Part shown: positions 37,201 through 43,811 of the stretch, piece after piece
Numbering within the stretch: the stretch's first letter is position 1
Layout: each line of letters starts with the position of its first letter
The notes under the pieces: model-generated
What the model saw: only the letters and a program-made list of their open reading frames with translations
The model's database searches: none
Told to the model about the DNA's origin: nothing
Position numbers and translations under genes: made by a program
Source: Thermoanaerobaculia bacterium
GTDB lineage: Bacteria > Acidobacteriota > Thermoanaerobaculia > Multivoradales > Multivoraceae
DNA length: 64,000 nucleotides
Direction of reading: 5' to 3'
Assembly: GCA_963666565.1 (NCBI GenBank)
Contig: OY762911.1
Span: 3,136,001 to 3,200,000 of the forward strand

Positions 37201-39463
37201 TACGGGCGCGCAGACGTTCGCCTGGCAAATGGTGCGCGACTCGGCGACGTGGTTCGGCGACTCGACGACGAGCCGGACGATAACGGTGGAGGACCCGTCG
37301 TTCGGCGACGCGACGGTGGCCGACCAGGCCTGGGTGAAGGACACGGCGATCGCGACGCTGACGCTGCCGGCGGCGAGCGGCAGCAACGCGACGCTGACCT
37401 ACGCGTTGACGCCCGCGTTGCCCGCGGGCGTGACCTTCGCGACGGCGACGCGGACGCTGTCGGGGACGCCGACGACGGGGCAGACGGGGGCGACGTACAC
37501 CTACACGGCGACCGACGGGGCCGGCAACAAGGCGACGCTGACGTTCCGGATCCGGGTGGCGGCGGCCGCCGGCGACAGCGCGGCGTTCGTGTCGGCGACC
37601 GGCGTGCCGTCGAAGATGGCGGCGGGCGGCACGGCGACGGTGACGGTGACCATGCGGAACACGGGCACGACGACCTGGACGACGGCCCTGGGCTACAAGC
37701 TGGGATCGCAGAGTCCCGCCGACAACACGACGTGGGGCACGAACAGGGTCTCCCTGGGGTCGGACGTGGCGCCGAACGGCGAGGCGGCCTTCACGGTCTC
37801 GATTACGGCGCCGTCGACTACGGGCGGCCATGTCTTCGCGTGGCAAATGGTGCGCGATCCCGGCTCCTGGTTCGGCGATTCGACGACAAGCGCGACGATC
37901 GCGGTGGAGGACCCGTCGTTCGGCGCCGCGACCGTCGCCGACCAGTCGTGGCAGAGGAACCTGACGATCACCGACCTGACCCTGCCCGCCGCGGGCGGCA
38001 GCGACGCGTCGCTGACCTACTCGCTGACGCCCGCGTTGCCCCCCGGCCTGACTTTCACGGCCTCGACGCGGACGGTGTCGGGGATGCCGAGGGCGGCGAG
38101 GACGGCGACGACGTACACGTACACGGCGACGGACACGGACGGCGACAAGGCGACGCTGACGTTCTCGGTCGCGGTGGCCGAGGATCCGTCGTCCCAGTCG
38201 TCGGCGGCGCTCGCGCCGCCGACGCCCTCCGGCGCGGTGGACACGTTGGACTACTGGCTGCTGCCGCACGGCAGCGGCGTGAAGGTGCGTACCCGCCTGC
38301 GGGACGGGCGCGTCGCTCCGGCCGAGGGCACGGCGTATCTCCGCTCCTTCTGGCGCGGCGACCTGTGGGGCAGGAAGGTGGCCCTCCTGGGCGATCCGGC
38401 TAGCGAACGCTACGACATCTTCGAGGAGGTCGAAGGCGGCCTCGACTACTGGGGGACGTTCGGCGGCGCCTCGGCGGGCGGCGAAGAGCGTCCGAGCATT
38501 GCGCTGGACCGTCCCTTCCGCTGGATGAACCGCTTCATGGCGGTGGGCGACGTGCTGCAGGGTCCCGCGACCGGCCGGCTGCTCTCGGACCGCAGGCGTA
38601 ACCGGGCCGGCGTCCTGGCGGGGACAATGCGCATGGAGGCGCTGTCGCACCGGGCGGCGTTCGAGGTGCCGCCGGTCCCCGGCCTGACCTTTGAGGACGT
38701 GCTGGAAGTCCGGTACTGGCCGGACGCGGCGCGGGCGGAGGTACACGACACGTTCTACCTGGCGCGCGGCTACGGCGCGGTGTACGCGCGGCGGTCCGGC
38801 GTCGCGTCGCCGGGAGAGGTCGCCGAGTGGTGGGCTGTCGAGAAGGCCCTGACGCCGATCGCGCCCGCCTCGCCGTCGATCCCGTGGTTCGATCCGTTCT
38901 CTCCGGGCTGGCCGAAGACGGCGGTGCTGAACGGGAACCTGGACGACGTCGCTCCTGGAGTGGGAATCGCGGGCGAAGCGGCAGGGATCTCCGGCGCGCC
39001 CGGACGCGACGGCGGGCGGGACGGGGCTCCCGCGGCGCCCGGCTGGACGGCCGCCTGGGGTAACGCGGCGGTAGCCCGGCCGCCTTCGGGCCTCGACGCC
39101 GGCGCCTGGAGCCTCGTACTCCGCGGCGGCGACAGCGGCGGCGACGCAGCGCCTGGCGCAGCGGTCACCGAGGAGTGGATCCCGGTCGAGGGCGGGACCT
39201 ACCAGCTCTCGGCCTGCATGGTCCGGGAGAACGCCAGCGACAACGTGTTCGTGGACTTCGACGACGGCGCGGGAAGGGACGCGGACTTCGACGACGCCCA
39301 CGTGGTGGCCAGTTCCGTCGGAACCTGGGAGTGCCGCGCGGTGACGAAGTGCATTCCCGCCTCGGTCGGCGCCGTCAGAGTCCGGGCCGCCCGCGACGGC
39401 GCAAACCTGGGCGACGCCTGGTTCGACCGCATCGAGCTGAAGCGAATCGCCGCTTGCGAGTAA
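31274..39463 (+). CDS. Giant secreted Ig-repeat surface protein/adhesin (~2729 aa)
   Basis: Signal peptide; about 12 putative-Ig (He_PIG-like) repeats (LPAATGGNG.L.YSL...LPAG.TFD...RTLSGTP), 6 NBR1-Ig-like repeats (VTV.MRNTGTTTW...F.F.I.AP...G.Y.FRW.M), 4 Calx-beta/cadherin-like repeats (LATQPTADVTV...LTFTTTNY.TAQTVTV), unique C-terminus with a CBM-like domain. Confidence 0.88.
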   Translation: MGAVTMTSGRSGRGGARRRRGMAGFFLVLASVAGAASGGDDAAHVSSSGVFLTMTRGGKATVTVTMRNTGTTTWQRTTSGQTVTRYSLVALGHGWGVNSVSVSDSVAPNSPHGFGFTITAPETDGDYSFRWQMSRFRNDINKPIGPIIGSASTTLFGQKTPNVTIRVEGEDESPSFGKKTIGNMTLTVGAKTSATLPAATGGNGALSYSLSPKLPAGLTFDTSTRRLSGTPSKAQNAKTYTYTVTDSDENTASSDSDTLTFTIKVKAREVDRNPSFGDQTAGPFYPQVKLGMVEVLPAATGGNGKLNYSVSPTLPPGLTFNGSTRTVSGTPTTEQDPTDYTYTVTDSDDNTAPSDSDSLTFKIGVWKDRVPKFQGSVGKQEWIERQAYSVQLPWATSGNGKLLYSLNACLPAGTSLSNRTISGKPTELGEKECTWTVVDSDNNTAPSDAATLTFTITVVKDEVPSFGDKNVDKQAWTKDEAIAPVILPGATGGNGPLSYNFSCNLPAGVSRSGRTISGTPTALLSTATCTWTATDKDGDTATLRFKVSVVEPPPPEPSPPSFGKTISNMTLIRNRAMTSKVLPPATGGTGTVTYSLSPTPPAGLSFDASSSSRTLSGTPTAAQDATEYTYTATDSATPSPNSASLTFTIAIVDLTVSATSLTVTEGTAAEDKRDFTVKLATQPTADVTVSVSSVDTTVATVSSASLTFTTTNYNTVQTVTVAGVEDADAADENTTVSLSASGGGYANVSASVSVTVDDDDTRTVVVSPASRPVAEGGSGTVAVSLATQPTANVTVSVSSGDPGAATASPATLTFTTTNYTTAQTVTVTGVQDADASDESVTVSLSASGGDYANVSASVSVTVTDDDTRTVVVSPASVTVAEGGNGTVAVSLATQPTADVTVSLVSGDPGAATASPASLTFTTTNYTTAQTVTVTGKQDADASNESVTVSLSAAGGDYANVSASVGVTVTDDDTKALVASVASLTVAEGGSGTFTVNLATQPTADVTVSVTSGDSGAATASPASLTFTTTNYGTAQTVTVTGEQDVDTVNESTTVGLSASGGDYANVSASVAVTVTDDDSADKQPSFGGKTISDMTLTQNRAMTSTVLPAATDGDGTLAYSLSPTLPAGLSFDSSPSSRTLSGTPTATLAETTYTYTATDTDGDTATLTFKIAVSAAPAIPTFSETIRDRTWVKNVSVGTVTLPAAIGGTGSLSYSLTGTLPAGVTFDSSARTLSGTPTKKQSAVTYTYKATDTAAKSATLTFTIRVDGKASDGAAFVSYTGVPSTMTAGSTATVTVRMRNAGTTTWTSAAAYQLGSQRPADNTTWGLKRVALPASTPPNATADFSFSIAAPAKTGSYKFRWRMLKGAAGWFGAKTTIETIAVTAAPDTSPSFGTPPLDLTWVKNVSIGTVTLPAATGGNGKLTYSLTGTLPAGVTFDATARTLSGTPTKKQAATTYTYKATDTDGDAATATFTIRVDGKASDGASFVSYTGVPSTMAAGSTATVTVRMKNAGTTTWTSGAGYQLGSQRPEDNTTWGLKRVALPSSTPPNATADFSFTITAPTKTGSYKFRWRMLKGAADWFGAKSTLETIAVEADTTPSFGSSPLDKTWVKNVAIGTVTLPAATGGNGSLSYSLTGTLPAGVTFDDSTRRLSGTPTSKQDATTYTYKATDADGDAATATFTIRVAGKASDGATFVSYSGVPTKIVAGGKATVTVRMQNTGTTTWTSANYKLGSQRPENNTTWGLKRVSLASDVAPNATGDFTFTIVAPTTTGSYKFRWQMIQGASGWFGAKTTLNTITVENPSFGDATVADQAWIKGTPIATLTLPAASGGTGALTYALTPSPPAGVTFTEATRTLAGTPTAAKAQAWYTYTATDTAGEKATLSFRIKATEAPVDNAAFVSYSGVPSKMAAGGTATVTVTMRNTGTTTWTSAAGYKLGAQSPADNTTWVSSRVSVPSDTAPNATADFTFAIAAPSTTGAQTFAWQMVRDSATWFGDSTTSRTITVEDPSFGDATVADQAWVKDTAIATLTLPAASGSNATLTYALTPALPAGVTFATATRTLSGTPTTGQTGATYTYTATDGAGNKATLTFRIRVAAAAGDSAAFVSATGVPSKMAAGGTATVTVTMRNTGTTTWTTALGYKLGSQSPADNTTWGTNRVSLGSDVAPNGEAAFTVSITAPSTTGGHVFAWQMVRDPGSWFGDSTTSATIAVEDPSFGAATVADQSWQRNLTITDLTLPAAGGSDASLTYSLTPALPPGLTFTASTRTVSGMPRAARTATTYTYTATDTDGDKATLTFSVAVAEDPSSQSSAALAPPTPSGAVDTLDYWLLPHGSGVKVRTRLRDGRVAPAEGTAYLRSFWRGDLWGRKVALLGDPASERYDIFEEVEGGLDYWGTFGGASAGGEERPSIALDRPFRWMNRFMAVGDVLQGPATGRLLSDRRRNRAGVLAGTMRMEALSHRAAFEVPPVPGLTFEDVLEVRYWPDAARAEVHDTFYLARGYGAVYARRSGVASPGEVAEWWAVEKALTPIAPASPSIPWFDPFSPGWPKTAVLNGNLDDVAPGVGIAGEAAGISGAPGRDGGRDGAPAAPGWTAAWGNAAVARPPSGLDAGAWSLVLRGGDSGGDAAPGAAVTEEWIPVEGGTYQLSACMVRENASDNVFVDFDDGAGRDADFDDAHVVASSVGTWECRAVTKCIPASVGAVRVRAARDGANLGDAWFDRIELKRIAACE

Positions 39464-39521
39464 CGACCGGGGAGCGCGAAGGAAGGTCGCCGCTCCATGG
39501 CGGTGGAGTAGCCTAGCCGAC

Positions 39522-40943
39522 ATGCCGGAGCAGCTCTCCGCCGCCGAACGGGACGACCTGCGGGTCGGCCTGCGGATGGCCCACCCGCCCGACCCGGCGG
39601 CGCTGGCCGCGGAGCGGCGCCGCCTCGCCGAACTGGACGAAGCGCCCCGCACGGCGCGCTGGCGGGCCTTCGCCGGGCTCATTGGCCCCGGCTACATGCA
39701 GAGCGCGATGACGCTCGGCAGCGGCACGGCGGCGTCCGCGCTGTTCGCCGGCGCCGTGTTCGGCTACGAACTCCTGTGGGTGGCGCCGCTCGCGATGCTG
39801 CTCGGGCTCGTCATGCTCTCCGCGGTCGCCCACCAGACGCTGTCCACCGGCATGAGGCCGTTCGACGCGATGCGCCGCTTCGCCGGGGCGCCGCTCGCCT
39901 GGAGCTGGGCTCTGGGCGCGCTCATCGCGTCGATCGTCTGGCACTTCCCGCAGTACTCGCTGGCGTCGGCGGTGCTGGTCGACCTCGGCGAGGCGGCGGG
40001 GATCGAGGGGTTGCCGGCGGCGGGGCTCGGCTTCGTCGTTCTCGTCTGGGCGGTGCTCATCTCGTCGCTCTACGGCCGGCGCCCGGAACTGATCCGGCTC
40101 TACGAGCGGCTGCTGCGCTACATGGTGTGGGGGATCGTCGTCTGCTTCGCCTGGGTCGTCTTCCGCACGGGGATCTCGGACTGGGGGGCGCTGTTCCGCG
40201 GCTTCACGAGCTTCGCCATTCCGGGCGAGCGGAACGGCGTGCTCGGGGTCACCGTCATCCTGAGCGGCCTGTCGGCGGCGGTCGGGATCAACATGGTCTT
40301 CCTCTACCCCTACTCGCTGCTCGCCCGCGGCTGGTCGCGCGAGCACCGGTCGCTGGCCCGTTTCGACCTGTGGACCGGGACGTTCGTGCCCTACGTCCTC
40401 GCCGCGAGCCTGATGGTTATCGCCGCCGCGAACACGATCCACCTCGACCCGTCCTACGACGGCGTGCGGCTGAGTCCGGTGGAGGCGGCGCAGTCCCTGG
40501 CGGCCGTCGCGGGACCGGCGGTGGGGCGGGTGGTGTTCGACCTGGGCGTGCTCGGCATGGCCCTCTCGACGATCACCCTGCACATGCTGGCGACCGGGTT
40601 CGTGGCCTGCGAGCTGTTCGGCTGGGAGTTCGGCAGCCGGAAGCACCGCCTGGCGATGCTGCTGCCGGCGCCCGGCGCGCTCGGCCCGGTGTTCTGGGGC
40701 GACATCGCGGTCTGGCTGGCTGTGCCGACGAACATCGTCTGCGGCCTGTTCCTGCCCGCGGCGTACATCGGCTTCGTCATGCTTCAGCGCAGCCGCGGCT
40801 ACCTGGGCGAGGACCGTCCGTCCGGCGCCCGGGGCCGGGCGTGGTGGGGCGCGATGGTGGCGGTGACCCTCTTCCTGACCGTCTTCATGGCTTGGTACGT
40901 CTGGACCCAGGGGCCGTCGTACTTCGGGCGCCTGACCGGCTGA
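39522..40943 (+). CDS. NRAMP-related (APC superfamily) transporter
   Basis: IGPGYMQSAMTLGSGT..S.LFAGAVFGYELLW; multiple TM segments; lacks the canonical DPGN motif. Confidence 0.75.
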   Translation: MPEQLSAAERDDLRVGLRMAHPPDPAALAAERRRLAELDEAPRTARWRAFAGLIGPGYMQSAMTLGSGTAASALFAGAVFGYELLWVAPLAMLLGLVMLSAVAHQTLSTGMRPFDAMRRFAGAPLAWSWALGALIASIVWHFPQYSLASAVLVDLGEAAGIEGLPAAGLGFVVLVWAVLISSLYGRRPELIRLYERLLRYMVWGIVVCFAWVVFRTGISDWGALFRGFTSFAIPGERNGVLGVTVILSGLSAAVGINMVFLYPYSLLARGWSREHRSLARFDLWTGTFVPYVLAASLMVIAAANTIHLDPSYDGVRLSPVEAAQSLAAVAGPAVGRVVFDLGVLGMALSTITLHMLATGFVACELFGWEFGSRKHRLAMLLPAPGALGPVFWGDIAVWLAVPTNIVCGLFLPAAYIGFVMLQRSRGYLGEDRPSGARGRAWWGAMVAVTLFLTVFMAWYVWTQGPSYFGRLTG

Positions 40944-40960
40944 GCGGCGTTCTCCCGGCG

Positions 40961-41695
40961 ATGCTGGAACTGCGGTCGGTCGGCATGCGCTTCGGCGCCG
41001 TCGAGGCGCTGCTCGACGTCGACCTGGAGCTGGGCGCCGGCGAGGTCGTGGGGCTCATGGGAGACAACGGCGCCGGCAAGTCGACGCTGCTCAAGATCGT
41101 GGCGGGCAACTTCGCGCCGACTTCGGGCCGGGTGCTCTGGGACGGCGGGGAGGTCGAGCTCTCCCCGCTGTCGGCGCGCGAACTCGGCATCGAGGCCGTC
41201 TACCAGGACCTGGCGCTGTGCGACAACCTCTCCGCGGCCGCCAACGTCTTCCTGGGCCGCGAGCTGAGCCGCCGGCTGCTCGGCGTCCTGCCGGTGCTCG
41301 ACCACGCCGCGATGCGCCGGCGCTCGGCGGAACTGTTCGCGGAGCTCGGCTCGGATACCCGCGCGAACGACCTGGTGCGGCGGATGTCGGGCGGCCAGCG
41401 CCAGGCGGTGGCGATCGCCCGGGCGCGGCTCAGTTCGCCGCGGCTGATGCTGCTCGACGAACCGACCGCCGCCATCAGCGTGCGGCAGATCGCCGAGGTG
41501 CTGGAGCTCATCCGCGGCCTGAAGGAGCGGGGCGTCGGCATCCTGCTCATCTCGCACCGGATGTCGGACGTGTTCGCGGTGGCCGACCGCCTCGTCGTTC
41601 TGCGGCGCGGCCGCAAGGTGGCGGACAAGCCGACGGCGGAGTCGTCGCCCGAGGAAGCGACCGGGCTGATCACGGGCGCGCTCGAGGCTGCGTGA
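40961..41695 (+). CDS. Monosaccharide ABC transporter ATP-binding protein
   Basis: Walker A GDNGAGKST, YQDLALCDNL, MSGGQRQ, LLDEPTAA, ISH. Confidence 0.93.
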   Translation: MLELRSVGMRFGAVEALLDVDLELGAGEVVGLMGDNGAGKSTLLKIVAGNFAPTSGRVLWDGGEVELSPLSARELGIEAVYQDLALCDNLSAAANVFLGRELSRRLLGVLPVLDHAAMRRRSAELFAELGSDTRANDLVRRMSGGQRQAVAIARARLSSPRLMLLDEPTAAISVRQIAEVLELIRGLKERGVGILLISHRMSDVFAVADRLVVLRRGRKVADKPTAESSPEEATGLITGALEAA

Positions 41696-42630
41696 AGAGG
41701 CTCCGCCGGGCGCCGCAGTCGCTCTGGGTGGCGCTCTCCGTCGCCGCTCTGGCGGTCGGGATGAGCGTGGTCTCGGAACCGTTCGCCAGCGGCGACAATC
41801 TGTTCAACGTCAGCCGGAACTTCGCCTTCATCGGGCTGATCGCCCTGGGCCAGACGGCGGTGATCGCGACCGGCGGCATCGACCTCTCGGTCGGCTCGGT
41901 GATGGGGCTCGCGGGGATCGTGACGGGGCTCGTTCTGGGTGCCGGCCAGTCGTTGGCGCTCGCCGCGGCCGCCGGCCTGGGGTGCGCGCTCCTTTGCGGA
42001 CTGGTGAACGGCGTGCTCGTGGGGTACCTCCGGCTGTCGCCCTTCGTCGTCACGCTCGGCATGCTGAGCATCGCCCGGTCGCTGGCCCTGGTCGTCTCGA
42101 ACAACCGGATGATCCACGACTTCGGGCCCGACGAGGACCTGCTGCTCGCCCTGGGCGGCGGCCGCTTCCTCGGCCTCGCCAATCCGGTCTGGCTGCTTGC
42201 GCTTGCCGCCCTCGGCGCCGCGGCCTGGTTTCGCTACAGCCGGCTGGCCCGCCACGTGCTGGCCGTCGGCGGCAACGAGCACGCGACGCGGCTGGCCGGG
42301 GTGCCGGTCGCTCGGGTCAAGCTCGCGGTCTACGTTCTGAGTTCCCTGCTGGCCGGCGTCTCGGCGATCCTCATGATCGGCTGGCTGGGGGCGGTGACCA
42401 ACGCGCTCGGCCAGGGCTACGAACTGCGCGTCATCGCGTCGGCCGTGATCGGCGGCGCGAACCTGATGGGCGGCGAAGGCGGCGCCTTCGGAGCGGTGGC
42501 CGGCGCGGCGCTGATCGAACTGATCCGCAACAGCCTGCTGCTGCTCGGCGTCGATCCCTACTGGCAGGGGGCGTTCGTCGGCGGTTCGATTATCGTTGCG
42601 ATGCTGGTGGAGCGTGTGAGGCGAAAGTGA
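41692..42630 (+). CDS. Monosaccharide ABC transporter permease (RbsC-like)
   Basis: GGIDLSVGS, SPFVVTLGM, AVGGNEHATRLAGV, YELRVIASAVIGGANLMGGEG. Confidence 0.93.
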   Translation: MKRLRRAPQSLWVALSVAALAVGMSVVSEPFASGDNLFNVSRNFAFIGLIALGQTAVIATGGIDLSVGSVMGLAGIVTGLVLGAGQSLALAAAAGLGCALLCGLVNGVLVGYLRLSPFVVTLGMLSIARSLALVVSNNRMIHDFGPDEDLLLALGGGRFLGLANPVWLLALAALGAAAWFRYSRLARHVLAVGGNEHATRLAGVPVARVKLAVYVLSSLLAGVSAILMIGWLGAVTNALGQGYELRVIASAVIGGANLMGGEGGAFGAVAGAALIELIRNSLLLLGVDPYWQGAFVGGSIIVAMLVERVRRK

Positions 42631-43682
42631 GTTCGAGCGGACAGCAAGGCACTGGAACGCGAGCGGCGGCCGTCCGCCTGGCGGCGGCGACGATGACGGC
42701 GGCGATCGGGCTGGCGGCCTGCGCGCCGGAGGATGCCGGCTACACCTTCGCCCTCGTTCCGAAGGCGATGAACAACCCCTTCTTCGACCTGGCCCGCGAC
42801 GGCTGCATTCAGGCGGCGGCCGACCTCGACGGCGTCGAGTGCCTCTACATCGGCCCGAGCGAGCACACGGAGGCGGACCAGATCCAGGTCGTCGAAGACC
42901 TGATCACCCGCCGGGTCGACGGCCTGGCCGTGTCGCCGTCGAACGCGACCGCGATGGCGCGGGCGCTCGCCCGGGCTCGCGACGCCGGCATCCCGGCGAT
43001 CACGTGGGACTCCGATCTCCTGGCGGAAGATGCCGGGCTGCGCACGACGTACATCGGCACGGAGAACCGGGCCATGGGCGTGGAGCAGGCGAAGCTCCTC
43101 CACGAGTTGAAACCGGACGGAGGCAGAATCTGCATCCAGTCGGGCGGCGCCGCGGCGATGAACCACAACGAGCGGATGCAGGGGCTCCGGGACACGCTCG
43201 CCGGGGCCGACTCGGCCGCGCCTCCCGGCGAGCGCCTTGAGGGCCAGAACGGCTGGACCGAGGTCGCGGCCTGCCCGCTCTACACGAACGACGACTTCCC
43301 GCTCGCCGTCCAGCAGATGGCCGACGCGCTGGCGTCCGAGCCGGACCTCGACGTCTTCTCGATCACGGGCGGCTTCCCGCAGTTCGTCGACCAGGCCTAC
43401 CGGCAGGCTGTCGAACCGTACCGGGAGCGGATCGACTCGAAGGACCTCGTTATCCTCGGCGCCGACACTCTGCCGATGCAGCTCGACCTGCTGGCGGAGG
43501 GACTGAGCCACGGCCAGGTGGGCCAGCGTCCATACGCGATGGGCTACCGGTCGATGGAGGTGCTGCTGGAACTTGTCGGCGGCGGCACGGTCGAGGACCC
43601 GATCCATACAGGGCTCGACGTGCTGACCGGCGCCGCCGACGTCGAAGCCTTCCGTCTGGGTAAAGGTGCGCGGGTCTTCTGA
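42627..43682 (+). CDS. Sugar ABC transporter substrate-binding lipoprotein
   Basis: Lipobox LAAC; VPKAMNNPFF; ITWDSD; YIGTEN; GQRPYAMGY. Confidence 0.9.
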   Translation: MSSSGQQGTGTRAAAVRLAAATMTAAIGLAACAPEDAGYTFALVPKAMNNPFFDLARDGCIQAAADLDGVECLYIGPSEHTEADQIQVVEDLITRRVDGLAVSPSNATAMARALARARDAGIPAITWDSDLLAEDAGLRTTYIGTENRAMGVEQAKLLHELKPDGGRICIQSGGAAAMNHNERMQGLRDTLAGADSAAPPGERLEGQNGWTEVAACPLYTNDDFPLAVQQMADALASEPDLDVFSITGGFPQFVDQAYRQAVEPYRERIDSKDLVILGADTLPMQLDLLAEGLSHGQVGQRPYAMGYRSMEVLLELVGGGTVEDPIHTGLDVLTGAADVEAFRLGKGARVF

Positions 43683-43796
43683 CCCGCTCCCGAGGCGGCG
43701 TCCAGTATCGCCGCCGGCTTTGCCGGCCCCCCTTTCTTCGGGCTCCGCCGCTTCGCGGCTACGCCCGGGAGCGGGTCGGAAGACCCGCGCACCCAG
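43665..43796. repeat. Inverted REP doublet (REPIN-like) between convergent genes
   Basis: ggtgcgcgggtcttctgacccgc at 43665-43687 and inverted gcgggtcggaagacccgcgcacccag at 43771-43796. Confidence 0.9.
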
Positions 43797-43811
43797 TTTC
43801 CCGGGACCGGG

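Noticed and set aside
31192-39682. Very long alternative-frame and antisense ORFs (e.g. 31192-38403 +, 32666-39682 -, 9540-13529 -, 4824-8018 -)
   Set aside because: Arg/Gly/Pro-rich shadow ORFs expected from high GC3 codon bias over real genes; no domain motifs
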